Shown here: positions 28,152 through 38,336 of the stretch, piece by piece | How the letters are laid out: each line of letters starts with the position of its first letter | How positions within the stretch are numbered: the stretch's first letter is position 1 | Origin: Bdellovibrionales bacterium | GTDB taxonomy: Bacteria > Bdellovibrionota > Bdellovibrionia > Bdellovibrionales > JAGQZY01 | Direction of reading: 5' to 3' | DNA: 64,000 nt | Assembly: GCA_031426555.1 (NCBI GenBank) | Contig: JANPLN010000059.1 | Location: forward strand, 1 to 64,000 | The notes under the pieces: generated by a model | What the model was told of the DNA's origin: nothing | The model's database searches: none | What the model saw: only the letters and a program-made list of their open reading frames with translations | Program-made: the position numbers and the translations under genes

Positions 28152-29863
28152 AGGTTGCTTCCATTGAGGGTCATTGAATAGTCGGCGGGGGATGGCAACC
28201 CACTTGCAGTATCGACGCGAATATTAATCATATACCAACCAGCTGACAGCGACGTGGAGATAGTCTCACTCGCGGAGGTGGTTCCCATGGTCACGTTGGT
28301 CGTGGCCGATGCAGCAACCGAGGAGGAAGAGCTGCTTGTAAACTGATAGGAATTTCGAAAAATATAAACATCTAAATCGGCTGCGGTTGGCGTGGTGGCG
28401 TAATCAATTCTAAAACTGAAAGCTCCGCCGGGGTGGTAATAGCGATAAAAATCGTTGGAGTCGAATTGATTGGATCTTGCAGCTGTACCGTTTTCGGTGC
28501 TTCCACCTGGATTATTGGCTGCTTGGATTGTAACACTTGCTGGAGTGCAAGCACTGGACGAGGATGCTACAGCTCGCGAGTAATCGTTTTGATTGCCGCG
28601 TTGGTTTTCGCCGGTGCGCAGAGAGCTCCAGTTTGTCACACCCAAAGCCTGTTGAAGCGTGTGAAACAACCCCATGTTTCTAAAAACATAACTCGAGTTT
28701 TTAAGGCCCGTGGTCGTGCTTGTGAATATTGTCCACAGTTCGGCAAACGTTCCACTGACCGTATCAACACCGGCGCCTTCGTTAACCACATCAATGGAAT
28801 CCCAAAGTAGACGCGTGATGGAAAATTCGCGAAAATTTCCTTCGCCCATTTGCGTAGGTATGTCGTTTTCTGGAGTTTCTAGATCTTCATCAAAATATAC
28901 CGATGAGGAGCCGCTGATGTTTCCGGAGGTATCGCGGTAGATGGGGTTATTGAGTGTGGCCGCCTGAAAAAAGTTGGCCCAACCTTCGCCCCAGGCCAGT
29001 CGTGCATCGATGATGGCATTACCAGTGTGCGTTCCACCTGGAGAATCTGTGTCGGCAAAAACGTCTTCAATAAAATGCCCGTACTCATGGAGGATGATGG
29101 AGTTATCAAAATGATCGCAGTCGGAGCTGTTGGTGTTGCCGCCGACGCCGCCAAGTATGTAAAGCTCGCGAGCTCCAGGTAAGTAGAAACTGAGGGCGCC
29201 TGCTCCAAAATAACTTCCTGGGTTTACACCGGCATCCCAATAAATTGATACGGCGGGTGCATCTGTAAACGGAGAGCAACCGGTAAAACTGCCCGAGCAG
29301 CCAGCGGTATTAGTTAACAGGTAGAGATTGGCGCCGTAAATTTTATCTAAAATATTAAAAGCACCGCCTTTGATTTCACCAGAGGCCGTTGCGGTGAGGG
29401 TGCCAACTGAGGCACTCGCTGTTCCCGCGAGAGTTGTGGTTATGCTGTGCACATCTTGCTCTGTGGGATTATTAAGAACTCCTGCTTTCATCATGCTGTT
29501 GTAAATGCGAGAGTCGACAGAAACTGTATAGTTGTCCGCAATCTGCGGCACGATCACGCTAAAGTTACCGCTGTCGTTGGTGGAGCCACACTGAATTTCG
29601 CTCCCACTCGAATTATAAATAACGACCTGTGCTTGTCGAATGGGCAAATTGGGGGTGGCAATGGTGCTGTTGATAACGCCATTACCATTGATGCGAAACT
29701 CGTAATTTGCAGAACCCGTGATCGTGATTGTGCTACCGGTAAACGATCGCACAGTTGTGCATCCGGCATCTAAACTTGTGCTCGATGAACTCCCAGATTC
29801 AGAACTGGAACAGGCAGCAAAAAGAAAACTGACAACAACGAGGAGTAAAACATTCAAGCGCAT
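28139..29863 (-). CDS. Lipoprotein zinc metallopeptidase-like protein with PPC-like C-terminus
   Basis: Lipobox FAAC; HEYGH...EGWA gluzincin pattern; DLDVYIF and LSAGWYMI C-terminal beta domain. Confidence 0.75.
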   Translation of the reverse strand: MRLNVLLLVVVSFLFAACSSSESGSSSSTSLDAGCTTVRSFTGSTITITGSANYEFRINGNGVINSTIATPNLPIRQAQVVIYNSSGSEIQCGSTNDSGNFSVIVPQIADNYTVSVDSRIYNSMMKAGVLNNPTEQDVHSITTTLAGTASASVGTLTATASGEIKGGAFNILDKIYGANLYLLTNTAGCSGSFTGCSPFTDAPAVSIYWDAGVNPGSYFGAGALSFYLPGARELYILGGVGGNTNSSDCDHFDNSIILHEYGHFIEDVFADTDSPGGTHTGNAIIDARLAWGEGWANFFQAATLNNPIYRDTSGNISGSSSVYFDEDLETPENDIPTQMGEGNFREFSITRLLWDSIDVVNEGAGVDTVSGTFAELWTIFTSTTTGLKNSSYVFRNMGLFHTLQQALGVTNWSSLRTGENQRGNQNDYSRAVASSSSACTPASVTIQAANNPGGSTENGTAARSNQFDSNDFYRYYHPGGAFSFRIDYATTPTAADLDVYIFRNSYQFTSSSSSSVAASATTNVTMGTTSASETISTSLSAGWYMINIRVDTASGLPSPADYSMTLNGSNLCPN

Positions 29864-29869
29864 ACCGGT

Positions 29870-29897
29870 TTATCGGGATGGCAAGAGTTGAAATGAA
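29870..29897 (-). promoter_or_regulatory. Possible sigma28 (FliA) promoter, leaderless-type
   Basis: CCGATAA 6 nt upstream of ATG 29863; no RBS; weak -35. Confidence 0.4.
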
Positions 29898-29953
29898 GTC
29901 TATATCTGCAAAAATCGAATTAAATCTTGCTTCGACCAAGAGAGTGTTTCATT

Positions 29954-30214
29954 ATGGTATACGACATGGAACTCAGTTTAAATTCAGACATTAATTTAGG
30001 AAATGACAGCTTTCATGTACAAACTGAAGATTGGGGAGTTGCGAGTCCCTATATTGTGAGTCGAATTTATAAAAACGGCGCAGTTTTAAAAAGTATCAAA
30101 ACTCCGTACTCTGAAATCGTTGATGCACCGATTTGGGACAAACAAGCCGTTGAGTTAGCAGTAAAATCCCAACACGATCAGCTCGTAGAACAGCTGTTAA
30201 CGGGTCGAGCGTAA
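29954..30214 (+). CDS. Conserved small hypothetical protein
   Basis: LNSDI..FHVQTEDWG..P.IVSRIY..G pattern recalled from deltaproteobacterial small proteins. Confidence 0.65.
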   Translation: MVYDMELSLNSDINLGNDSFHVQTEDWGVASPYIVSRIYKNGAVLKSIKTPYSEIVDAPIWDKQAVELAVKSQHDQLVEQLLTGRA

Positions 30215-30322
30215 AGCACTAGACCTCTCAAAGGTCCAGATTCAAAACAACTTCCTCGACTAAATAAGGGCCATATCGGGTTCATGTTTGTGGCCTATAT
30301 TGATGTCCATTAAAATTTAAGA

Positions 30323-30991
30323 ATGATACAATTTTCACATGTTTATAAAACATTCCGTGGTGAAATTCATGCGCTTCGCGATGTGAATTTTAAAATCAAC
30401 AAAGGTGAGTTCGTTTTTTTAACTGGTCATAGCGGCGCAGGAAAAACAACTCTCTTCAATTTGCTCGCCGGTTTCGATCGTCCGTCATCGGGAACTGTGA
30501 TGGTTGCTGACTACAACATTCACGAATTGGCAGACAGCGAGGCCCCTTATTTCCGTCGCAAAGTGGGCGTTGTGTTTCAAGATTTTAAACTTTTAAACAA
30601 TCGCACGGTGAGCGACAATTTGCTTCTTCCACTCGAAGTCATCAACGCCAGCGAGCAGATGATGAACGAAAAAAAACTACATATGCTGAGTGCTTTAGGT
30701 CTCCTCGAAAAAGAAAATTGCTATCCCGATCAACTTTCTGGTGGAGAAAAACAACGCTTGGCCATCGGGCGCGCTTTAATCAGTCAACCCGAAGTGATTA
30801 TCGCCGATGAACCCACAGGGAATTTAGATCCACAGCTGAGCCGCGATGTGATGAAGGTGTTCGAACAGTGCAATCGACTGGGAACCACAGTGTTTATCGC
30901 GACTCACGATCAACAACTTGTCTTAGAACAAAAAAAACGAGTGATCAGTTTGAAACAAGGAGAAGTGAACAATGATGCCGCTACTGCGTAA
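30323..30991 (+). CDS. ftsE: Cell division ATP-binding protein FtsE
   Basis: GHSGAGKTT, VFQDFKLL, LSGGEKQR, ADEPTGNLD. Confidence 0.93.
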   Translation: MIQFSHVYKTFRGEIHALRDVNFKINKGEFVFLTGHSGAGKTTLFNLLAGFDRPSSGTVMVADYNIHELADSEAPYFRRKVGVVFQDFKLLNNRTVSDNLLLPLEVINASEQMMNEKKLHMLSALGLLEKENCYPDQLSGGEKQRLAIGRALISQPEVIIADEPTGNLDPQLSRDVMKVFEQCNRLGTTVFIATHDQQLVLEQKKRVISLKQGEVNNDAATA

Positions 30992-31907
30992 GTACTTACG
31001 CTTCTCCAAACGATCCTGGGTGAGTGAAACACGACTGCGGGTTTCCACCCTGGTTATTCTTATTTTTACCTACTCAGTGACTCTGTTTTTAATCCAATCC
31101 GCGTTTAATTTTCAGGGGATTATGAACCGTTGGGGGGATTCCACCAAGGTCACCGTGTACCTGAGTGATGGTCAGACTCCAGAAACACGCGATAAAATTG
31201 AAAAATCGATTCTTGCTATGCAGGAAACTAAAAAGACAAAATTTATATCTCAGGACGAAGCTGTCGCTCAATTTCGATCAAAAAACTCACTGTTTTCGAA
31301 AGATTTTTTAGAGGATCTTAAAACCCAAGAAGTTTTCCAAGAAAGCTTTGAAGTGACTCTAAATGGAAGCTTAAAAGACGAAACCTACTTTGCCAAGATT
31401 CAGGAAACTTCTAAAAAAATCGGTGAGATCGTTGGAGTGGAAGAGGTCTCCTATGGGCAAGGTTGGATTGAGCGTTACGGCGCGTTTTTAAGGGTTACAA
31501 ACTCCTTAGTAACCGTGATCGTTGTTCTTTTTATTCTTGCAAGCTTAGTTATCATTTCGAATTTGATTCGCGTGCTCGTTTACAACCAAAAAGAAGAGAT
31601 CGAAATTCTCGAGCTGATCGGCGAAACCGCACGCAACATTCGTATGCCTTACATTGTGGAAGGACTGATGTTCAGTTTTACGGCCTACGTTGTTGGTATG
31701 TTTGTAAATGTATGTCTTTTCGTTTGGATATCCGAAGAATTTGCCGGTAACTCCATGCTAAGTCATTTGGCAGAAATTGTGGCCTCGCCTTCGTTAGTTT
31801 TTGTAGCTGCGGGCCTAGTTCTTAGTTGCGTCGTGGGGTTAATATCAGGTTTTATAACGATTCGCTCCATCAATACAGGTTGGGCCCTGTCGAATAGGAC
31901 CAATTAG
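30972..31907 (+). CDS. ftsX: Cell division permease FtsX
   Basis: 4-TM pattern, EIEILELIG, IRMPYIVEG; follows ftsE. Confidence 0.88.
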   Translation: MMPLLRKYLRFSKRSWVSETRLRVSTLVILIFTYSVTLFLIQSAFNFQGIMNRWGDSTKVTVYLSDGQTPETRDKIEKSILAMQETKKTKFISQDEAVAQFRSKNSLFSKDFLEDLKTQEVFQESFEVTLNGSLKDETYFAKIQETSKKIGEIVGVEEVSYGQGWIERYGAFLRVTNSLVTVIVVLFILASLVIISNLIRVLVYNQKEEIEILELIGETARNIRMPYIVEGLMFSFTAYVVGMFVNVCLFVWISEEFAGNSMLSHLAEIVASPSLVFVAAGLVLSCVVGLISGFITIRSINTGWALSNRTN

Positions 31908-33019
31908 TGTTTAGAGGGGCGTTGCTTCTTTTTTTAAGTGGTTTTTTGTGCCAAGCTTTGGCGCAAGAAACTGCACTTGAGGAAGAATCAACGGATCTAC
32001 AAGAAAAAAAACAGGAAATTTTATCTGACATTTACCGAATGACTGGGCGGCAAAGAACACTTGCGGCAAAAAAATCTGAGCAACTGCAAAAACGGGAAGA
32101 ACTCGAGGCTGACATGGCCGATTTGCAGGTCGACATTCAGGATGTGAGTAAGCAAATTCAGGATCTGCGTAAAAAAATAATTTTACGCATGCGTAACTTT
32201 CACCGCATCAGTGCGCCTACGATCTTTCAGTCTCTTTTGGGCGCCCACGACCTTGCCGAAATGGATCGCAATGCGCGAATTATGTATAAGATTTCCAAGT
32301 CAGACGTAGAACAGCTGCGCACCTTCAGGGGTTTAAAGAATTTGCTGAGTGAACAGCAAAGTAAACTAGAAAATAAAATCTCTGAATTCGAAAAAACACA
32401 AAAAAACCTAGAACGGCAAGAGTCGCGAATTAAAAAAACCTATGTCGCGCAAATGGATTTATTGAAGAAGCTCAGCGACCAAGATAAAGGTATTATGGAA
32501 AAAATCAATGAGCTCAAAAAACAAAATCGCGGTCTGTTGGGAGATAAAGAGCCTGTGCTCCAAGGCTTGTTTCTGGGTGGTATTTACGAGAAAAAGGGAA
32601 GTTTAAATCTGCCGGTGCAGGGAGTGGTCACCAAACGTTTTGGGCTGCTGCCAATGAACTCCCCGAAGATTCGCGTTTATAACAAAGGTTGGTTTATCTC
32701 TTCGGCGATCACAAGCCCAGTGAGTTCTGTTTACAAAGGACAGGTCGCTTTTGTGGGCGATTGGAGTGATTACCAAAAAGTAGTCATTCTTGATCACGGA
32801 GATCACTTTTACTCGGTCTACGCCAATCTAGCTAAAATCAATGTTCAATTAGGTGATGATATCGAGGCTCTGGTCTCCATTGGAGAGTCGGGAACGTCGC
32901 GGCTTTATGGTATGGGACTTTATTTTGAGATGCGCCATTTTTCTCAATCTGAGGACCCCGCTGAATGGTTTAAAAATTCGAAGTTTAATTTATCTTCCGT
33001 GAAGGAGCAGAGTTTATGA
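31907..33019 (+). CDS. envC: EnvC-like murein hydrolase activator (coiled coil plus degenerate M23)
   Basis: Long coiled coil; M23 domain lacking the HxxxD/HxH ligands (NKGWF, LYFE). Confidence 0.82.
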   Translation: MFRGALLLFLSGFLCQALAQETALEEESTDLQEKKQEILSDIYRMTGRQRTLAAKKSEQLQKREELEADMADLQVDIQDVSKQIQDLRKKIILRMRNFHRISAPTIFQSLLGAHDLAEMDRNARIMYKISKSDVEQLRTFRGLKNLLSEQQSKLENKISEFEKTQKNLERQESRIKKTYVAQMDLLKKLSDQDKGIMEKINELKKQNRGLLGDKEPVLQGLFLGGIYEKKGSLNLPVQGVVTKRFGLLPMNSPKIRVYNKGWFISSAITSPVSSVYKGQVAFVGDWSDYQKVVILDHGDHFYSVYANLAKINVQLGDDIEALVSIGESGTSRLYGMGLYFEMRHFSQSEDPAEWFKNSKFNLSSVKEQSL

Positions 33020-34329
33020 AGAAAAGTTTCGCAGTGATGTTGTGCTTAGTTGTGATGGGATTTTCTCTTGCCAGTTGGAAACTGTTTGCAGCCGAAGATA
33101 GGTATTTAAATTTGCAGATTTTTGCGAAGGTTCTCAATATTGTGCAGCAATACTATGTCGAACCCATTGATACGCAAAAGCTGATCTATGGGGGAATCAA
33201 AGGAATGTTGCGGGAGCTCGACCCACACACTAATTTTTTACCACCTGATATGTACAAAGAGTTCGAAACCGAAACATCTGGAGAGTTCGGTGGGATTGGT
33301 ATCGAAATCACTATGGAAGATGGTTTGCTCACAATTATTTCGCCCATCGAAGACACGCCGGCATGGAAAGCTGGAATCGAACCGGGCGACAAAATTGTCG
33401 AAATCGACGGTGTTTCAACCAAAGGAATGAGCCTGGTGGATGCCGCTCAAAAAATGAAAGGTAAAAATGGCGTTAAAATCCGATTGGGGATTATGCGTGA
33501 TAACTTTGAAGAGCCAAAAACATTTTCTATCGTGCGTGATATCGTTAAAGTAAAGTCTGTTAAGTTTGTGGACCTGGAAGATGGTTATGGATATGTTCGA
33601 CTCACTAGTTTCATCGAAAACTCCGGTGCGGAAATGCGCAAAAAAATTGCCGAATTTAAAGCTAAAAATAAAACTATTCGCGGTTTGATTTTAGATTTAC
33701 GACGCAATCCCGGTGGATTGTTGGATCAGGCAGTTCAGATCAGCAACTTGTTTTTAGACAAAGGTGTCATTGTTAGCACTATTGGTCGCGATAAAAGTAA
33801 GAAAGAAGTGACCTTGGCCAAAGCCACCGGTGCCTACACTGATTTTCCAATTATTGTATTAATAAATGAGTACTCAGCCAGCGCCAGTGAAATTGTTGCT
33901 GGTGCATTAAAAGATAACAAACGGGCGTTGATAATGGGAAAGCGCAGCTTTGGAAAAGGCTCTGTGCAGTCGGTGGTAAAAATGGGCGATGGATCGGGGC
34001 TAAAGCTAACCGTCGCGCGCTATTACACGCCCAGTGGAGTGTCGATTCAGGCCGAGGGAATCACGCCCGACGTAGAAGTTGATGATGTGGATTCTGACTC
34101 CTACGGGAAGGCCGTGATCAATAAGAGTGTGAAGCGCGAGGCTGATATCCAGGGGCATTTACAGGGCGAGGCCGAAAAAATCCCGCGCGGGCAGGGCCGA
34201 TCCACCCAGTGGTGGAAAAAGTTTGATGCAAAGGGCCGGACCGAAAAGACAGATCTCCTCTCGAAAGATTACCAAGCCTCCCAGGCCTACAATTACATAA
34301 AGGCGTGGAAGGTCTTTAAAAGTCTTTAA
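33016..34329 (+). CDS. ctpA: S41 carboxy-terminal processing protease
   Basis: LDPHT, PDZ GGIG, DLRRNPGG, SASASE, FGKGSVQ. Confidence 0.92.
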   Translation: MKKSFAVMLCLVVMGFSLASWKLFAAEDRYLNLQIFAKVLNIVQQYYVEPIDTQKLIYGGIKGMLRELDPHTNFLPPDMYKEFETETSGEFGGIGIEITMEDGLLTIISPIEDTPAWKAGIEPGDKIVEIDGVSTKGMSLVDAAQKMKGKNGVKIRLGIMRDNFEEPKTFSIVRDIVKVKSVKFVDLEDGYGYVRLTSFIENSGAEMRKKIAEFKAKNKTIRGLILDLRRNPGGLLDQAVQISNLFLDKGVIVSTIGRDKSKKEVTLAKATGAYTDFPIIVLINEYSASASEIVAGALKDNKRALIMGKRSFGKGSVQSVVKMGDGSGLKLTVARYYTPSGVSIQAEGITPDVEVDDVDSDSYGKAVINKSVKREADIQGHLQGEAEKIPRGQGRSTQWWKKFDAKGRTEKTDLLSKDYQASQAYNYIKAWKVFKSL

Positions 34330-34357
34330 CTTTCATTTATAACATTCCAGGGCGTGT

Positions 34358-36301
34358 TTGATTCGCGCGCTTTGGAGACCTTTCGTGAGCCAAGAAAACG
34401 CACCATTTCTCCTCTTTGAAGACACCCTCAAGCAGGAAGCATTTTACTTTTCCAATCCTTCGGAAGAGATTGTCGTGTTTGAGCCAGCCATGGTGGCGGC
34501 CGCTTTCGAGCGGCTGGATCAGCTCCGCCGGCAGGGATTTTACGTAGCGGGTTTCGTTGCCTATGAGGCTGGGTACAGTTTTTTTCCTTTAACCGAGACA
34601 CCGTTAAAAAAGTTGAAACTTCCTTTGCTACAATTTTACGCCTTCTCTCAAAAAAACCATGGACGCCCCAAAGACTTCTTTTTGGATCAGCCTTTCCCTT
34701 TTGATCAACCATCCTCGGCAGCTTTGACCGACTTTGCGTGGGATACGTCGTTTGATTTATATTCCAAATTACAAAGTGAAATCCGCGAACACCTATGTAG
34801 CGGGGATATTTATCAGCAAAACCAAACAGTGCAGCTTTCGTTTACCTGCGAGCACAGCGCCCAAGAATTGTATCTCAGTTTGTGCGCATTGCAAAAAACC
34901 CATTACACTGCTTTTTTAAAATTTCCGGAGTATCAAATCTTGTCATTCTCTCCAGAGCTTTTTTACAAAAAAACTGGTGAGAGTATTTTTGTGGAACCCA
35001 TGAAGGGCACCTTGCCAGTTTCGCAAGACGCTGAGGCTTTAAAAAACGACGAAAAAAATATTTCAGAGAATTTAATGATCGTTGATTTATTACGCAATGA
35101 TCTAGGCAAAATCGCGCACGCCGGAAGTGTGGAAGTGAGCGAGCTTTTTAAGGTGCAAACGCTTGAGACCGTGCACCAAATGACTTCGAAAATTTCGGCT
35201 AAGATCGACCGAGAAACCCCAGTTCTAACGTTGTTTCAAAGCTTGTTTCCCTGTGGATCAATCACTGGTGCGCCAAAATGGAGTGCCATGCAGTTTATCA
35301 ATGCCCAGGAAGTATCTGCACGCGGCGCCTACACCGGGGCCATCGGCTTTATAGAACCCAACAATGACCAATGTTTTAATGTGGCGATTCGTACAATCAT
35401 TGCTGCAGAAAACCGTTTCACTCTGGGTGTTGGTGGGGGAATTATCGTAGATTCTGAGGTCCAGTCGGAATTCGACGAAGTTCTTTTGAAGTCGCGATTT
35501 GTTCGAAAGCTGAACAGTTCGTTTTATCTGTTTGAAACTTTCTTGTTTGACGGTGGGACCTGCAGGGATTTGGATTTGCATTTGCTTCGACTTAAAACGT
35601 CGGCTCAAGAACTGGGTTTCGAGATGAAAGGGGATCGAATACGGGAAGCTGTCTTGGCAAGAGTTCAAGACTTGTCTGGCGCGCACAAGGTTAAGGTTAA
35701 GTTGCAGTATGATGGTGAGTTTGGGGTGGAAATTTCCGAGTTGTCATCGGAGTTAGGTCTGAGAGCTTCGCCAGCAACGATATCAGCGCCAGATTTTTCG
35801 CCAAGACTGGGAATGGACTTATCGGTCAAAGAAGACTTTAAACGGGTGCCTGCGAATTCTAGTGGATACTTACATAGTCGTTACAGCATGAATGAGTCGT
35901 CTCAATTAATAAAATGCGAAAAGATTCTACCAATTTCCTTGTCTGCACAAAAAATAAATTCACAAAGTATTTTCCAAAAACACAAAACTTCAAACAGGGA
36001 AGTTTACGATAACGAGTTTGCCCGGGCCCAACAATATGGGATCTACGACTTGGTGTTTTTAAACGAACGGGATGAAGTGGCTGAGGCCAGCCGTCATAAT
36101 ATCTTTGTTAAAATTAGTGGCGAGTGGAAAACTCCACCTTTGTCTTCGGGGGCGCTGCCTGGGATTGCTCGCCAGCAAGCCGTTGCTGAACTAAATGCGA
36201 AACAAGACATTCTTTTTGTTGAAGATTTGCGCGCGGCGGACGAAGTTCTCTTAACTAACTCTGTGCGCGGCATGGTGCGGGTCTCCTGGAGTGAGTTATG
36301 A
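34358..36301 (+). CDS. pabB: Fused aminodeoxychorismate synthase component I / ADC lyase (PabB-PabC)
   Basis: SPELF, PMKGT, ENLMIVDLLRND, GSITGAPK; C-terminal class IV aminotransferase (HLLRL, HKT, LPGI.R, NSVRG). Confidence 0.9.
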   Translation: MIRALWRPFVSQENAPFLLFEDTLKQEAFYFSNPSEEIVVFEPAMVAAAFERLDQLRRQGFYVAGFVAYEAGYSFFPLTETPLKKLKLPLLQFYAFSQKNHGRPKDFFLDQPFPFDQPSSAALTDFAWDTSFDLYSKLQSEIREHLCSGDIYQQNQTVQLSFTCEHSAQELYLSLCALQKTHYTAFLKFPEYQILSFSPELFYKKTGESIFVEPMKGTLPVSQDAEALKNDEKNISENLMIVDLLRNDLGKIAHAGSVEVSELFKVQTLETVHQMTSKISAKIDRETPVLTLFQSLFPCGSITGAPKWSAMQFINAQEVSARGAYTGAIGFIEPNNDQCFNVAIRTIIAAENRFTLGVGGGIIVDSEVQSEFDEVLLKSRFVRKLNSSFYLFETFLFDGGTCRDLDLHLLRLKTSAQELGFEMKGDRIREAVLARVQDLSGAHKVKVKLQYDGEFGVEISELSSELGLRASPATISAPDFSPRLGMDLSVKEDFKRVPANSSGYLHSRYSMNESSQLIKCEKILPISLSAQKINSQSIFQKHKTSNREVYDNEFARAQQYGIYDLVFLNERDEVAEASRHNIFVKISGEWKTPPLSSGALPGIARQQAVAELNAKQDILFVEDLRAADEVLLTNSVRGMVRVSWSEL

Positions 36302-36960
36302 TCTTGGTAGTTGATAACTACGATTCCTTTACATACAACTTGGTGCAGATTCTTTTGAAGAACAAGTTTGCTATGAAGGTGATCAAAAACGATGAGTGGA
36401 CCATCGAAGATATTTGCAAAAAACAGCAACTCATCGAAGCTTTTTTATTTTCGCCCGGGCCTGGACATCCATCGCAGGCAAAGCTGTGCCATCATATCCT
36501 CAAAGAGTTTGCGTCCACCCATCCTATATTGGGTGTGTGTTTAGGCCATCAGGTGATCGCAGAATATTTTGGTGCCCGTGTTGTCCGCGCAGAAAAACCC
36601 ATGCATGGCAAAGTGAGCGTGATCGAACACACCTCGCAAGGTGCGTTTGAGGGACTACCGCTTTCGTCGTTAGAAAACTCATTCTTGCATAAAACTTCAC
36701 TGCCGCAAGGAAACCTCCACACGCAGGGGGTTCACCAGACGCATCTAGTTCACCCAACGCTGAGGGTGGTTCGTTACCATTCACTGATTGTGGATGAATC
36801 TTCCCTACCGGAAACCTTGGAAATCACCGCGCGAACAGCAAATCAAGAAATCATGGGCTTGCGGCACAAATACTTTCCCATCGAAGGGTGGCAATTTCAT
36901 CCCGAATCCATTTTAACAGAGTTTGGCGAGCAACTCGTTGTCAAATTTTTTCGTAGTTAA
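36298..36960 (+). CDS. pabA: Glutamine amidotransferase PabA/TrpG
   Basis: DNYDSFTYN, SPGPG, GVCLGHQ, RYHSL, QFHPES. Confidence 0.92.
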   Translation: MILVVDNYDSFTYNLVQILLKNKFAMKVIKNDEWTIEDICKKQQLIEAFLFSPGPGHPSQAKLCHHILKEFASTHPILGVCLGHQVIAEYFGARVVRAEKPMHGKVSVIEHTSQGAFEGLPLSSLENSFLHKTSLPQGNLHTQGVHQTHLVHPTLRVVRYHSLIVDESSLPETLEITARTANQEIMGLRHKYFPIEGWQFHPESILTEFGEQLVVKFFRS

Positions 36961-37228
36961 AATCTAAGGAACCCACCGCGGCCCTAGGCATCCACGATAT
37001 TGCCGTATGCCGCTACCACAGCTACGCTCTAGCCGTTGCACGGCACCTCAAAGCCATGGCCCAGCCTGCTTTAGTGAACGCTGCTGACGGAATCGCCATT
37101 GTTTATGAAGACGAAAAAGGTTGTGGAAACTGCTCCAAGGCGGAGGTGCAACAAGGTTTTGTAAACAAAGTTTGACTTTTATACCTTCGTTCATGTATTG
37201 ATCTAAACTGCAACCAAGTGAGAAGTAT

Positions 37229-37816
37229 TTGAGCCTTAAGAGACAGTCCGCCGCACAAACAGACCTCTTCCCTAGGAAATCGAAATCCTATGGGGGAGTT
37301 TTGTTAAAGAAGAGCAAAAATAGAACCTACGCTCGTCCCATTTCCACGTCGCAAACCATGCACTTGGTGCTACGCTCATCCAAGGCTGTAGAGGATATGT
37401 CTTTTAAGGCTCCGCAGAATCGCAAGGTGATCGAGAAAATCATTTCTCGCTTTTCGGCAAAGTACGGCATTCGCATTATTTCGTTGGCCAATGTGGGAAC
37501 ACATCTGCACTTCCATGTCAAAATCGCCAAACGCCGCGGTTATCTTTGTTTTATCAGAGCCATTACCGCCGCCATCGCCATGCATGTCTCTGGTAGAAAC
37601 CGGTGGACAGTCGAGAAAAAGGTGAAGGCGACAAGTAAGGACGTGAGACGTCGTGATAGGTTTTGGGACTACCGACCATTCACACGAATTGTGGATGGCT
37701 TTCGAGCGTTTTTAAACTTACGTGATTATATTCAGATCAATCAACTTGAGGGTCTAGGGGTTCCTCGCCACCAGGCGAGATTTATGTTGGCACGCTTGCG
37801 ACCAGCGCGATGTTAA
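37229..37816 (+). mobile_element. RAYT/IS200-like HUH Y1 tyrosine transposase
   Basis: HLVLRS strand, NVGTHLH (HUH), FW..RPFTRIV, YIQIN (catalytic Tyr helix). Confidence 0.8.
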
Positions 37817-37836
37817 AACTTGCTGATCAAGGCATC

Positions 37837-38232
37837 TCAGTCGCGCGGATCAAATCGAACGCCTTGAAAATACCGTTCAGCACGCTGCGAGCTGAGTTTT
37901 GGAAAATCCCAACTGGCTGCTCGTCGGGAAATGCAGTTAGCCACCTCTTCGTTTTTGTACACCGAGCGAGTAGGTTCCAGCTTCATATACTGAAGTTTGC
38001 CGTCGGGTTCGATCATGAAATCAAGCACCATTTCTTGTGTCGCGGGCGGAACTTCTGCTGTTCCTTTCGAGGCATATAAATAACAACGACGAATTGCTTT
38101 TTTGCCTCTTACAAAAAGATCCTGAACGGCTCGTGCTTCAACGTATTTTGCATCAGTTTTAGAATTGTCGAAACCGTGGGCGATAAAAGGAAGACCCATC
38201 ACGATTATAAAAACAGACAAAGTTAATTTCAT
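37837..38232 (-). CDS. Secreted AgmX/PglI C-terminal (TonB_C-like) domain protein
   Basis: IRRCY...FMIEPDG...VANCI......WDFP. Confidence 0.7.
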   Translation of the reverse strand: MKLTLSVFIIVMGLPFIAHGFDNSKTDAKYVEARAVQDLFVRGKKAIRRCYLYASKGTAEVPPATQEMVLDFMIEPDGKLQYMKLEPTRSVYKNEEVANCISRRAASWDFPKLSSQRAERYFQGVRFDPRD

Positions 38233-38336
38233 GTAAGTCTTCTTAATACAAATGCGTTTTGCACAAACTGAGCCGGCGAACCGAATATTCCGTCGGGCGC
38301 CAAAGCTGGGTAAGCTTTTTCATCAGCCGAAGTGAG

